A stretch of DNA of 64,000 bases. It comes from a candidate division WOR-3 bacterium. Its GTDB lineage: Bacteria > Hydrothermota > 32-111. This document shows, piece by piece, positions 19,755 to 29,307 of this stretch (its first letter is position 1; every line of letters begins with the position of its first letter). The notes under the pieces are model-generated. The model saw nothing but the letters and a program-made list of their open reading frames with translations, was not told the origin of the DNA and made no database searches. The translations under genes and the position numbers were made by a program. The stretch lies in the NCBI GenBank assembly GCA_039804105.1, contig JBDRZU010000001.1, positions 1,088,001 to 1,152,000 on the forward strand. The letters run 5' to 3'.

Positions 19755-20244
19755 AATAGAATAAAAATTCCCCTGAATCGATTCGTAAACTTTCCGAATG
19801 ATCTTGAGTATTCAATAATATTCCCTCAAAACTTCCACTCAATTGACTAAAAAAAGAATCTGGAACTGATTCAAGATAGATTTTTCCACTTCCAATAAAG
19901 GATGAGCATTTATAAATTTTGTTTAGGTTTTTAAAATTAACCATTATAAAAGTATTATAATCGTATGGAATATATATAAAATTGAACCTTGTTGTTTCTG
20001 GAAACGATATGGTTATGTTAATACTACCATCATAATTTTCAGCATAAAGATAATAGTATCCAAAATCTTTCTGTCCTTTACAATTTTTTTCAAAATCAAG
20101 AGAATCTTTTTCTGAAATAAATCTGATGTATTCGTAAGATGCACCAGAAAAAAAAGAGCATGAACTAAAATTTATAAGAGAAGAGTAAAGAATTAGAATT
20201 AAAATTGTAGTAAGGATTTGTTGATTCTTTTTTAATATATTCAT
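19729..20244 (-). CDS. Putative lipoprotein
   Basis: Hydrophobic stretch ending FSSC; beta-rich body; start uncertain because of overlap with the upstream gene. Confidence 0.5.
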   Translation of the reverse strand: MNILKKNQQILTTILILILYSSLINFSSCSFFSGASYEYIRFISEKDSLDFEKNCKGQKDFGYYYLYAENYDGSINITISFPETTRFNFIYIPYDYNTFIMVNFKNLNKIYKCSSFIGSGKIYLESVPDSFFSQLSGSFEGILLNTQDHSESLRIDSGEFLFYFNQQEMKR

Positions 20245-21163
20245 ATTTTATATTATAAACATTTTTTTCCTTTGAGTAAACAAATGTTAAACTCAGATTA
20301 AAAATATTGTCTGATCTATTTTCAACCTCTCCAACAGTAAACAACGAATCCAAAACGGTGTGAATTAGTGGATTAAATTTTATTTTTTCATAGGTTGATG
20401 CAAAAACAAACTTTGCTTTCCTATTTAACTGAAAAGTTATTTTTCCTGTCAAAGACAAATCTTTATTGTAAGAATAATCATCCAAAAATGAATCATCATA
20501 GTAGTAATCTATATTTTTTGTCGTAACTTTTTGAAAATTATAGGAAAAGGATAATCCTATCAAATTCAAAAGATTCAAACTAAAAAGTGGTGTTATGTTA
20601 AAAAGAAATATTTGATCAGACACTTTGTATCCTGCCTTTGAATACAGATGAAAGGAAGAATTGAACGGAAAATAGAATATATTTTTATTTACTAGTACTG
20701 AATATAATGATGAGTTTGTATTTAAAAAAGGATAATAATTGTAGTAAATATCAAAAGAATTTTTTAATGTATAAACAAAATTAAAATTTTCTTTAAAATC
20801 AAGAAAGATTCCAGGAGAGAACATGTTATTTTCTTTATAAAATTCGTTTAAATATAGATTCTGATACGAATAGATTCCAGAAATAAAACTGGTCTTAATA
20901 TCCTCTTTAAAAATCAACTGATACAAAAAATCTGAAGGAAAATTCATATAGTAATTGTTTATAAATGGTGTGTTCAAACCAAAATTAAAAAATATATCGG
21001 ATCCTTCAAAATTTCTTTTCAAATTGAATTCAAATGAAAGTAAAAGATCAGAAATTTTATCATTTGTTTTGAAAAGGTTATCAGTTAAACCAACTGTTAT
21101 ACTACTTGAGAAACTGTGAATAAAAACTAAAAGCAAAAGTATCAGTACGAACTTTTTTGTCAT
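20165..21163 (-). CDS. Putative outer-membrane beta-barrel protein
   Basis: Signal peptide, alternating aromatic strands, C-terminal LLFSYKF. Confidence 0.6.
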   Translation of the reverse strand: MTKKFVLILLLLVFIHSFSSSITVGLTDNLFKTNDKISDLLLSFEFNLKRNFEGSDIFFNFGLNTPFINNYYMNFPSDFLYQLIFKEDIKTSFISGIYSYQNLYLNEFYKENNMFSPGIFLDFKENFNFVYTLKNSFDIYYNYYPFLNTNSSLYSVLVNKNIFYFPFNSSFHLYSKAGYKVSDQIFLFNITPLFSLNLLNLIGLSFSYNFQKVTTKNIDYYYDDSFLDDYSYNKDLSLTGKITFQLNRKAKFVFASTYEKIKFNPLIHTVLDSLFTVGEVENRSDNIFNLSLTFVYSKEKNVYNIKYEYIKKESTNPYYNFNSNSLLFSYKF

Positions 21164-21822
21164 CTCTTCCCCTTTTTTGGAACATTTGGTTTCACTTTTC
21201 TATATTCTATGTCAGGCATAAAACTTTTTTGTCTTTCATCATTTATTCCATCTCCATCTTCATCGATAAATCTATCACTTTGTTTAAAATCTTTCATACT
21301 TTTTCCTATACGATCATCCACAAAATCTCCATCGGTATCAACAAAGTCATCAATAATTATACCCATTTCCTCAACAACTTTCCCAAAAGAGTAGCCATCA
21401 TAAAAACCTTTTTTGTATCCATGTCCTGTTATATCGTTAACAAAATTACTATCTCTATCTATAACAGGCATATATTTCGAATAAATAAATTTATCATTTA
21501 TTCCATCTCCATCCTCATCACTGAAAAGATCGTTCACCCCATCTTTATCTTCATCAATAAATTCGATTTTTACAATTGTATCACCTGTTAAATCGTTTAT
21601 CCCATCTCCATTTTTGTCAAAGTATAGATCGTTTATTCCATTTTGGTCAACATCTTTATACCCATAAACATATCCTAAGTTTTTTGATGGAGCTGCTGAA
21701 AAAATAGGGATACAAACAAATACAATCAAAAATAGCAAACACTGGAAGGAAGGGATACCTTCCAGTGTCGCTGTTTTATTTAAAAAGGGAGTGTGAGGTC
21801 TAATTCTTCTTTTTAGTATCAT
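21160..21822 (-). CDS. Secreted protein with multiple Dx[DN]xDG calcium-binding-type repeats (start tentative)
   Basis: DVDQNGIND, DKNGDGIND, DEDKDGVND, DEDGDGIND, DTDGDFVD, DEDGDGIND. Confidence 0.7.
   Translation of the reverse strand: MILKRRIRPHTPFLNKTATLEGIPSFQCLLFLIVFVCIPIFSAAPSKNLGYVYGYKDVDQNGINDLYFDKNGDGINDLTGDTIVKIEFIDEDKDGVNDLFSDEDGDGINDKFIYSKYMPVIDRDSNFVNDITGHGYKKGFYDGYSFGKVVEEMGIIIDDFVDTDGDFVDDRIGKSMKDFKQSDRFIDEDGDGINDERQKSFMPDIEYRKVKPNVPKKGKR
21739..21768 (-). terminator. Hairpin (partial terminator or mRNA stabiliser) after the Q/N-rich gene
   Basis: 11-bp stem ACACTGGAAGG/CCTTCCAGTGT, 8-nt loop, followed on - by TTGCTATTTTT. Confidence 0.6.
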
Positions 21823-22297
21823 TTTTGGGAGTCCTGTTACAATTTCCCTGACAATTACCATTACCCTGTTTGTCCTGATTTCTCATTTGATTCTGGTTTC
21901 TATACTGGTAATTATTTCCTTCACCATCTTTTGCGTTATCACAAATTCCATCACCATCTTCATCTACAAAATTCTTCTCTTGATTTTTTATCTTGTTTTG
22001 CTCTTTGTTCTGGTTTTTTGCTGATTTATCAGTATTTTTGTTTTTCTCTTGATTTTTTACCTGATTTTTTTCTTGGTTCAGATTACCATTTTGTTCTTTA
22101 TTTTGAACACCATTCTTTTCTTGGTTTCTGTTCTGTTCTTTGTTTTGGGTCTCACCCTTGTTTTGCTCTTTTTCTTGATTCATTTCTTGTTCATAAACTT
22201 TTTGATCCTCATCTTTAGTCGTTGTTTGATCTGCATAGAGATTAACTGCTACGACAAGAAGAAGAGAGAGAAGAGTTATTAAAATCCTTTTTTTCAT
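21800..22297 (-). CDS. Secreted Q/N/K/E-rich low-complexity protein with FVDEDGDGICD motif
   Basis: SD AGGAGG before ATG 22297; signal peptide; NQEKN/QNKEQN repeats. Confidence 0.75.
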   Translation of the reverse strand: MKKRILITLLSLLLVVAVNLYADQTTTKDEDQKVYEQEMNQEKEQNKGETQNKEQNRNQEKNGVQNKEQNGNLNQEKNQVKNQEKNKNTDKSAKNQNKEQNKIKNQEKNFVDEDGDGICDNAKDGEGNNYQYRNQNQMRNQDKQGNGNCQGNCNRTPKNDTKKKN

Positions 22298-22327
22298 TTT
22301 TGCCTCCTTTTTTTTCTTCAATAAAAG

Positions 22328-22343
22328 AGCAAAAGGTGTGCCA
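22328..22343 (-). promoter_or_regulatory. sigma54 (-24/-12) promoter
   Basis: TGGCAC-ACCTT-TTGCT, matching the RpoN consensus, about 30 nt upstream of ATG 22297. Confidence 0.8.
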
Positions 22344-22395
22344 AAACATAAATTCTGTTATTTCGAAACTTAAAATTTTGTTAAAATAAAAACTC

Positions 22396-22429
22396 TTACA
22401 ATTTTGTAAGTTGAATTACATTTTTGTAA
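22396..22429. promoter_or_regulatory. Tandem palindromes, candidate enhancer (UAS) for a sigma54 activator
   Basis: TTACA-N4-TGTAA at 22396-22409 and 22416-22429 (20-bp period). Confidence 0.6.
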
Positions 22430-23302
22430 TTACTCTTTTGAAAAATTAGTTAAAATCAACCCTGTTATTACCAAAACAAGTGCGATATAAAAGTTGATTT
22501 TGGGAAATGTTTTTAAAATAATAATCTCTCCCGTGATCGTAAAAATGGGAATAGTATAGATAAAAGAATTAACAAGTTTTTCATCAAATTCCTTTAAAGC
22601 TTTATTCCATAAGATATAAGCAAGAGATGAACAAACAATTCCAAGATACAAAATCGATATTATTGTTGAAATGTTTAATTTATATATACAGAAACTTCCC
22701 TTTTCAAAAAAAACAAAAGGAAGAAAAAATATAGATCCATAAAAAGTCATCTCTTTTGTTATAAAAAAAATTGAATATTTTGAACTTTTCATTTTTGATA
22801 TGTATGTATAAATGATCCATGATAGAACCGGTATGAACATCACAAGATCACCTTTAACATTTAAATTTTTGATTTTAGAAAAACCAAAGAGTAAAATGTA
22901 GATACCAATAAAACTAAGAATTATTCCGGATGTTAGAATGTATGAAATTTTTTTTCTATAAACTATTTTATCAACAAGTAATGTAAAAATAGGAATCGTT
23001 GATACTATAAGAGCACCGTTGGATGAAGTTGTATATTTTAATCCGAAATTTTCACCCAAAAAATAAAAGGTTATTCCAAAAAAACCCATACACATAAAAA
23101 GTATTCTATCCCTCAAATTTATCCTTGCATTTTCCTTTCTTAAAAAAACCAGAAATTCAAGAATTACATAAGAGATTATAAATCTTACAAAGCCGAGTGT
23201 TGCAGGTTTAATATAAGAAACAGCATATTTTGTTGCTATAAAAGAATAACCCCAAATTATCGCTGGAATTAGAGCAAATATTGCAAGATAAATCTTTTTC
23301 AT
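22430..23302 (-). CDS. DMT/EamA family transporter (start revised to ATG 23302)
   Basis: IWGYSF, GLKYTTSSNGALIVSTIPIF, LYLGIVCSSLAYILWNKAL; about 10 TM. Confidence 0.9.
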   Translation of the reverse strand: MKKIYLAIFALIPAIIWGYSFIATKYAVSYIKPATLGFVRFIISYVILEFLVFLRKENARINLRDRILFMCMGFFGITFYFLGENFGLKYTTSSNGALIVSTIPIFTLLVDKIVYRKKISYILTSGIILSFIGIYILLFGFSKIKNLNVKGDLVMFIPVLSWIIYTYISKMKSSKYSIFFITKEMTFYGSIFFLPFVFFEKGSFCIYKLNISTIISILYLGIVCSSLAYILWNKALKEFDEKLVNSFIYTIPIFTITGEIIILKTFPKINFYIALVLVITGLILTNFSKE

Positions 23303-23375
23303 AAGAGTAAATATATTGTAACCTGTCTTAAAGTCAATATGTTGAAAATAGTTTTTTTTGTGATAATATTTTTTT

Positions 23376-24158
23376 ATGATAAAAAGGATTAAATACAAAA
23401 AAGTTTTTTTTCATTATTATAATGAAAGTCAAAATACTTCCGCTGTCCTGCTTTTACATGGTCTTGGGGGAACATCTTTTTCTTTTAAAAAATATTTTTA
23501 CATTTTAGAAACACAGAAAATACCTTTTTTAGCTTCAGATCATCCTTTTCATGGAAAAACTGATGAGAAAGATTTTTTTGTCTATGTTGATAAAATATAT
23601 GAATTTTTAAGAAAACAGGGAATCGATAAAATCAAAATAGTTTCACATTCGTTCGGTTCTTTCATTACTGAACTTTTTTATAACAGATATAAAAATTTCG
23701 TTACAGAAATAATGCTCATCACACCTTTTATTGAAGCAAAAAAACAAACAAAAGGTGTAGGACTTTTTTTATATAAAAAAAAATATTTTTTCAAATTTGC
23801 TGGAAACATTTTATCAATCTTTCCTGAAAAATTTAAATACCCAGATTACTCTAAAATTCGTCGAAAACCATACTACGCATACTGGTTAAACGATATGACA
23901 CATTGTGATAGAAAAGGATATTTTGATGTACAATATTTTATTTCTGATCGAAAAAGTGAAAATCCAGAATTTTTAAAAATGAGCGAGATACATTTAGGGA
24001 AATATGATGTTATTACTTATTCTGACCTGACTTTAAAACTATTAAAAAAATATCAAGTCAAAAATATCACAGTTCATGAAGGTGATCATCTGTTACCTTT
24101 AAAAGAATTTTTTTATTTTAAAGATTTTTTTATAAAATTTGTAAAACAAAATGGATAA
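23376..24158 (+). CDS. Alpha/beta hydrolase
   Basis: LLHGLGG, DHPFHG, nucleophile SHSFG, C-terminal GDH. Confidence 0.75.
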   Translation: MIKRIKYKKVFFHYYNESQNTSAVLLLHGLGGTSFSFKKYFYILETQKIPFLASDHPFHGKTDEKDFFVYVDKIYEFLRKQGIDKIKIVSHSFGSFITELFYNRYKNFVTEIMLITPFIEAKKQTKGVGLFLYKKKYFFKFAGNILSIFPEKFKYPDYSKIRRKPYYAYWLNDMTHCDRKGYFDVQYFISDRKSENPEFLKMSEIHLGKYDVITYSDLTLKLLKKYQVKNITVHEGDHLLPLKEFFYFKDFFIKFVKQNG

Positions 24159-24960
24159 AATTTTAACAGAAAATTTTTCACCTCTTTTATTTGCTTTTTG
24201 TGGAGGTGTTTTTACATTTCTTTTGACTGCAATTGGTTCTTCAACTGTTTTCATTTTCAAAAAAATTACTTCAAAAATATCTGATTCGATTCTTGGATTA
24301 TCAGGTGGAATAATGCTTGCTGCAAGCGTGTTCTCTTTGCTTTTACCTTCAATTGAGATTTCAAAAAAACAATTACCACTTTTTTTTCTACCTCCAATTT
24401 TAGGTTTTTTACTTGGAGCATTTTTTTTAAAATTACTTGATAATCTACTGCCACATATCCATATAAACAATGAAAAATCAGAGGGAATAAAGACCAACCT
24501 TAATAAAAAAATTCTTTTAATGATAGCGATTACTCTTCATAATATTCCTGAGGGACTTGCGATAGGGGTCTCTTTTGGCTCAATAGCAGAAAAAAGTTTT
24601 GCTCTTTTGATACCATCTCTTGTATTAACTCTTGGAATTGGGCTTCAGAATATACCTGAAGGTGCTGCAATCTCTTTTCCTTTAAGAGGAATGGGACTTT
24701 CAAGAACTAAATCATTCTTGTTGGGGGCATTATCTGCAATAGTTGAACCTGTATTTTCATTTTTGGGGGCTTTTATTGTTTCCTTCTTTTCAACCATCCT
24801 TCCTTATGCTTTATCTTTTAGTGCTGGAGCCATGATTTATGTTGTTGTAGAAGAAGTTATCCCTGAAAGTCAATCAAATGGAAATGTAGATCTTGCAACA
24901 GTAAGCACCATGATGGGATTTACCATCATGATGCTTCTCGATATAATTTTTAATGGCTAA
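24151..24960 (+). CDS. zupT: ZIP family metal transporter (ZupT/GufA)
   Basis: AITLHNIPEGLAIG, IGLQNIPEG, AGAMIYVVVEEVIPE. Confidence 0.9.
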   Translation: MDKILTENFSPLLFAFCGGVFTFLLTAIGSSTVFIFKKITSKISDSILGLSGGIMLAASVFSLLLPSIEISKKQLPLFFLPPILGFLLGAFFLKLLDNLLPHIHINNEKSEGIKTNLNKKILLMIAITLHNIPEGLAIGVSFGSIAEKSFALLIPSLVLTLGIGLQNIPEGAAISFPLRGMGLSRTKSFLLGALSAIVEPVFSFLGAFIVSFFSTILPYALSFSAGAMIYVVVEEVIPESQSNGNVDLATVSTMMGFTIMMLLDIIFNG

Positions 24961-26599
24961 GAATTTCTTTAATATCCTCCTCAACCGACTTTATTGGAAC
25001 AAGATTGAAATTATCCTTTATCACCTGATAAACATTTGGCTTTACAAAAGCAGGCATTGATGGACCAAGTTTTATGTTTTTTATTCCAAGATGCAGTAAG
25101 GTTAATAAGATACAAACAGCTTTCTGTTCATACCATGACAAAACAAGAGATAATGGTAAATCATTCAACTGAAGATCGAACGCTTTGGATAATTCAAGTG
25201 CAATTTTGATAGCTGAATAAGCATCATTACATTGCCCAATATCAAGTAATCTTGGAATTCCTTCAATATCTCCAAAGTTAAATTTGTTAAATCTATATTT
25301 ACCGCAGGCAAGTGTTAGAATTATTGTGTCTTTTGGAAGTTTTGTTGCAAAATCGGTATAATAGTTTCTACCGGGTTTTGCACCATCACAACCACCTATA
25401 AGAACAAATTTTTTGATCTTACCTTGTTTAACCAGATCGATCACTTTATCAGTAACACTTAAAACAGCATTATGCCCAAATCCAACAGTGATATATTTTT
25501 CATCTCCATCAGATTCAAATCCTTCATTTTCGAGCGCTGCTTTAATAACAGGTGAAAAATCTTTATCTTCTCCTATATGTTCAACATCAGGCCATTGAAC
25601 AAGACCTGTTGTAAAAATTCTGTTTTTGTATGTATCTTTTGGTTTTTGAATACAGTTTGTTGTCATAAGTATTGCACCTTTAAATTGGTCAAACTCCTCT
25701 CTCTGATTTTGCCATGCTGATCCATAATTTCCAACAAGATGTTTAAACTTTTTTAATTCTGGATACCCATGTGCTGGAAGCATTTCACCATGAGTGTAGA
25801 TATTTATTCCCTTTCCTTCTGTTTGTTGTAAAAGCAAATAAAGGTCTTTTAGATCATGACCAGAAACAACTATCGATTTACCTTTTATAGGTGTTACTCT
25901 AACCTTTGTTGGAACAGGATTTCCATAAGCAGAAGTATTCGCTTTATCAAGCATTTCCATGACTTTGAAATTTATTTCTCCAACCTTTAATGCAAGTGAA
26001 ACAAGATTATTTTTATCTCTCTCTCCCATAGCCAACCGGTTCAAAGCGTCATGGAAAAATTTGTAAACATCATCATCTTCTACACCAAGAATCATTGCAT
26101 GATCAGCATAAGCAGCTGTTCCCTTTAAACCATAGATAACAAGATGTCTTAACCCTGCTATATCATCTCCATATTTTTTAACTTCTTTATCAAATGTAAA
26201 ATTTTCAGATTGTTTTAAAACTTTTTCATAATCTTTTTCAACCATAAATGTTGCATTTTCAGGTAAATCTTCTTTATCAAGTTTCTTTTCCAATAAAATT
26301 TTTTCATATAAATTCTTTGCTTTCTCTCTTAACTCTTCTCCTTTTTTTATCATGTCAAAAACTTTTTCAGGATCAAAATTAACATTTGTTACGGTAGTAA
26401 ACAATGCCTCAAGAATAAATCTGTCTATCGCTTTTTCAGTTTTACCAAATTTGTTTATCTTTGAAGCATAAACAGATATACCTTCTGTCAGATAAACAAG
26501 CATATCCTGCAAGTTTGAGGTTTGAGGATCTTTACCACACACTCCAAAAGATGTACACCCCTTCCCATTTGCGGTTTGTTCACATTGATAACAGAACAT
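24950..26599 (-). CDS. hcp: Hybrid cluster protein (hydroxylamine/NO reductase)
   Basis: MFCYQCEQT..GC...GVCGK, THGEMLPAHGYP, GGCDG, GQCNDAY, SWYEQKA. Confidence 0.97.
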   Translation of the reverse strand: MFCYQCEQTANGKGCTSFGVCGKDPQTSNLQDMLVYLTEGISVYASKINKFGKTEKAIDRFILEALFTTVTNVNFDPEKVFDMIKKGEELREKAKNLYEKILLEKKLDKEDLPENATFMVEKDYEKVLKQSENFTFDKEVKKYGDDIAGLRHLVIYGLKGTAAYADHAMILGVEDDDVYKFFHDALNRLAMGERDKNNLVSLALKVGEINFKVMEMLDKANTSAYGNPVPTKVRVTPIKGKSIVVSGHDLKDLYLLLQQTEGKGINIYTHGEMLPAHGYPELKKFKHLVGNYGSAWQNQREEFDQFKGAILMTTNCIQKPKDTYKNRIFTTGLVQWPDVEHIGEDKDFSPVIKAALENEGFESDGDEKYITVGFGHNAVLSVTDKVIDLVKQGKIKKFVLIGGCDGAKPGRNYYTDFATKLPKDTIILTLACGKYRFNKFNFGDIEGIPRLLDIGQCNDAYSAIKIALELSKAFDLQLNDLPLSLVLSWYEQKAVCILLTLLHLGIKNIKLGPSMPAFVKPNVYQVIKDNFNLVPIKSVEEDIKEILSH

Positions 26600-26612
26600 A
26601 ATTCCTCCTATT

Positions 26613-27020
26613 TTATATTTTTTTTGTGAGAGTATCTATCGTTGTATTTTCAAGATATTCCAAAAATTCCCTATTAATCTTTTTCACCACATTATCAAAA
26701 ATACATTTTTCAAAGTGACATTTTTTCTTATTAAATGGACAAATATTTTTTTCAAGTGGACCTTCCATTATCTGAAATATATCCAGAAGTGTTACACTGG
26801 AAGGATCTTTTGAAAAAATAAAACCGCCCTGTGGACCTCTTATTGAATCGATAATGCCTCTTTTCGATAAATATTGTAAAACTTTTGAAAGAAGCGGAAT
26901 CGTGCTACCTATCTTTTCCGATAATTCCCCAATCTTCACAACCCTTTTTTCCTTTGCAAGATAAACAACGGAATGTATTGCAGCAAAAGTTGATTCTGAG
27001 ATTTTTATAAGATTTGACAT
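26613..27020 (-). CDS. Rrf2 family transcriptional regulator (3 Cys, Fe-S type)
   Basis: SIRGPQGGF, TLLDIFQIMEG, CPF...C....C. Confidence 0.9.
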   Translation of the reverse strand: MSNLIKISESTFAAIHSVVYLAKEKRVVKIGELSEKIGSTIPLLSKVLQYLSKRGIIDSIRGPQGGFIFSKDPSSVTLLDIFQIMEGPLEKNICPFNKKKCHFEKCIFDNVVKKINREFLEYLENTTIDTLTKKI

Positions 27021-27036
27021 TTTTTCTCCTTTTATT

Positions 27037-27068
27037 ATTTTAATATTTGAATGTTATAATATTAAAAT
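27037..27068. promoter_or_regulatory. Candidate Rrf2 operator overlapping the rrf2-hcp promoter
   Basis: ATTTTAATATT-N10-AATATTAAAAT inverted repeat; all A/T so could be chance. Confidence 0.4.
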
Positions 27069-27078
27069 TAAAAAAATC

Positions 27079-27104
27079 AAGAGGGGAATTTAAATTCCCC
27101 TCTT
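27079..27104 (-). terminator. Intrinsic terminator
   Basis: Perfect palindrome AAGAGGGGAATTT/AAATTCCCCTCTT followed on - by a T-rich run, just after the 27118 stop. Confidence 0.8.
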
Positions 27105-27117
27105 ATTATTTTATTCT

Positions 27118-27564
27118 TTATTTTCTTTTAAGATTTTCTTTTGCAACAACTTCAGACCATTTTTTGCCGCCCATGGTCTCAGTGATATAAACTATCATAC
27201 TATAGATGTTGGCAACTGGAACATATGTGAGCCACTCTATTAGTCTTCCTTTTGTTTCCTTCATCATCTGCGCTGTTGTATAACCTCCAACATATCCGAT
27301 GCAACATCCTTCAACTCCAGCATTTTGGAAACCAACAAAAGCATAGTAAACTCTTAAAATTGGAAAGAAAAGTTGTAATAACTGTAAAAGGTCAACATTG
27401 ACTGCTTTTTCGTTAGCAATGTATCCCATCCTTATATCAAAAATTCCAAGAAGACATGGGACTATTCCACCATTCTGTTTTTGAATTGAGAAGACGGGAG
27501 CTGCAAACAATGATGGTGTTAACAATGAGATCAAAAGAAAGATAATAATAATTTTTTTGGTCAT
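27118..27564 (-). CDS. Hypothetical exported/membrane protein
   Basis: Strong SD AGGAGGAG, signal peptide, own terminator. Confidence 0.7.
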   Translation of the reverse strand: MTKKIIIIFLLISLLTPSLFAAPVFSIQKQNGGIVPCLLGIFDIRMGYIANEKAVNVDLLQLLQLFFPILRVYYAFVGFQNAGVEGCCIGYVGGYTTAQMMKETKGRLIEWLTYVPVANIYSMIVYITETMGGKKWSEVVAKENLKRK

Positions 27565-27593
27565 TTCTCCTCCTTTATGTTATTTTTATTTTA

Positions 27594-28481
27594 TTAAAAA
27601 ATTTTTTTAAAGTCAAGAGAAAATTTTAAGGATGATTGTCCGCAATTTGATCCAACTATATTTTCTTTCAATTCACCTATTGACACTATGACATCAAAAC
27701 CATTTTTGTTAAGTTGTTTTTTTATATCTTCCATTCTTTTATAAGAATCAACACATAAATTATTTTTTATAGATTGATATGTCGGGTTTACAGGTGTCAA
27801 TTTTATGATAAAAGTTTTTTTATCAAAGTAAAGTGCAATTTTTTCAAAGGAGATTTCGTTTGACTCACTTACAGGAAAATTTAAAACTATCTTTCTTTTT
27901 CCAGGTGAATAAAATTCTTTTCCATATTCATTCAAAAATACAAAATTTTCTTTTTCTATTGGAATCGTTTTATCTCTTTCGTTCGTATTGGTGGAATATA
28001 TAGAAAACTGTAGTTGGAAATCGACAAAATTTTCTCTGATTGATAAAAGTTTTTCAAACCATTTTCTTCGATTTTTCGGAAACACAGTTGATATACACGG
28101 TATACAATTTTTATACTTTTTCTTTAATTCTTTAATCACCTCCAAAACATCATCGTTGAAAGATGGTTCTCCCATCCTTGCGAACTGAACTTTGAATTTC
28201 TTAAATCTGTTTGGACTCAAATTTCTTTCATTTATCATAAAATCTATCTGATACATCATTTCATCAAAAGTTAAATTCCTTGCGAATTCGTATCCGCTAT
28301 CACAAAAAACACACCGAACAGGACAGCCAACTTGTGTTGAAACAATTAGAACCCATTTTTCGTGATTTTTGCCAGAAATAACTGGTTCAACATCAACGGA
28401 TTCTATAAATTTTTTGTCTTCCGTTTCAAAGACGAGAACCTTTGAAACTTTTACCATTTCATTTTTTAACAAAAGATTCAT
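27594..28481 (-). CDS. RlmN/Cfr-related radical SAM protein (short, atypical)
   Basis: STQVGCPVRCVFC, RMGEP, C-terminal SNCGQ; lacks the N-terminal domain of RlmN. Confidence 0.8.
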   Translation of the reverse strand: MNLLLKNEMVKVSKVLVFETEDKKFIESVDVEPVISGKNHEKWVLIVSTQVGCPVRCVFCDSGYEFARNLTFDEMMYQIDFMINERNLSPNRFKKFKVQFARMGEPSFNDDVLEVIKELKKKYKNCIPCISTVFPKNRRKWFEKLLSIRENFVDFQLQFSIYSTNTNERDKTIPIEKENFVFLNEYGKEFYSPGKRKIVLNFPVSESNEISFEKIALYFDKKTFIIKLTPVNPTYQSIKNNLCVDSYKRMEDIKKQLNKNGFDVIVSIGELKENIVGSNCGQSSLKFSLDFKKIF

Positions 28482-29307
28482 TCTGCCTCCTTTCAGATGA
28501 GAGTTTCATTGCAAGTTTTACTCCATCAGCAAAAGAAATACTCCCCTGCTTGAAATTTTTGCCTTTCACACTACCGCATAAAAGAACTCTTTTACTCTTG
28601 TTTACAATCTGTGGAAGATTTTTTCTTGAACCTATACACAAAAGAATATCATCAAATACTCTCTCAAAGTGTTTGTTTTTACTTTTGAAAAACACTCTGT
28701 ATTTATCAACCTCAGTCTTATTTATGTATAAAATCTGCGAGAAAGGATAAATATCTTTGACAAATGTTTTTACTTCTTCCAAAAGTTTTTTGTTCACTTT
28801 CCTAAAGTTCCCTTTGGAAATAATGGTTAGTTTTTTTCTTTTTTTTGTTAAAGTCAAAGATTGATCGAGTGCAACCTCTCCACCACCTATAACACAAATA
28901 TTTTTCCCTTTAACTTGATCAAAACGATTCTTAAGGTTTAACTCCCGAAATTTTTTTAAAACTTTTTCCTTTCTCCCAGTTGCAATTATACAATATTTCG
29001 TTGAGTATTCGTTTTTTTCAGTTTTTACGATTACAAAACTTTTTCTTACTTCTATTTTTATGCATTTTTCAAACTTTATTTTTCTTTTATATTTTTCCAA
29101 TTGTTTTTCAAAGTGAGAACATAATCTATTCCCTTTAACATCACAAAAACCCGGAAAATTTGTTACTCGGTGAGCATACCAGATATCACCACCTATTCTA
29201 TTCTGTTCAAGGAGTAAAACTTTTTCAAAATCTTTTAATATCTGTAAAAAGAATCCAATTCCAGCACATCCACCACCAATGATTATAAAATCATATTTTT
29301 CCATCAA
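28459..29307 (-). CDS. FAD/NAD(P)-dependent oxidoreductase, thioredoxin-reductase-like but without CxxC
   Basis: IIGGGCAG, NFPGF, IIATG, VIGGGEVA. Confidence 0.75.
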   Translation of the reverse strand: MMEKYDFIIIGGGCAGIGFFLQILKDFEKVLLLEQNRIGGDIWYAHRVTNFPGFCDVKGNRLCSHFEKQLEKYKRKIKFEKCIKIEVRKSFVIVKTEKNEYSTKYCIIATGRKEKVLKKFRELNLKNRFDQVKGKNICVIGGGEVALDQSLTLTKKRKKLTIISKGNFRKVNKKLLEEVKTFVKDIYPFSQILYINKTEVDKYRVFFKSKNKHFERVFDDILLCIGSRKNLPQIVNKSKRVLLCGSVKGKNFKQGSISFADGVKLAMKLSSERRQNESFVKK

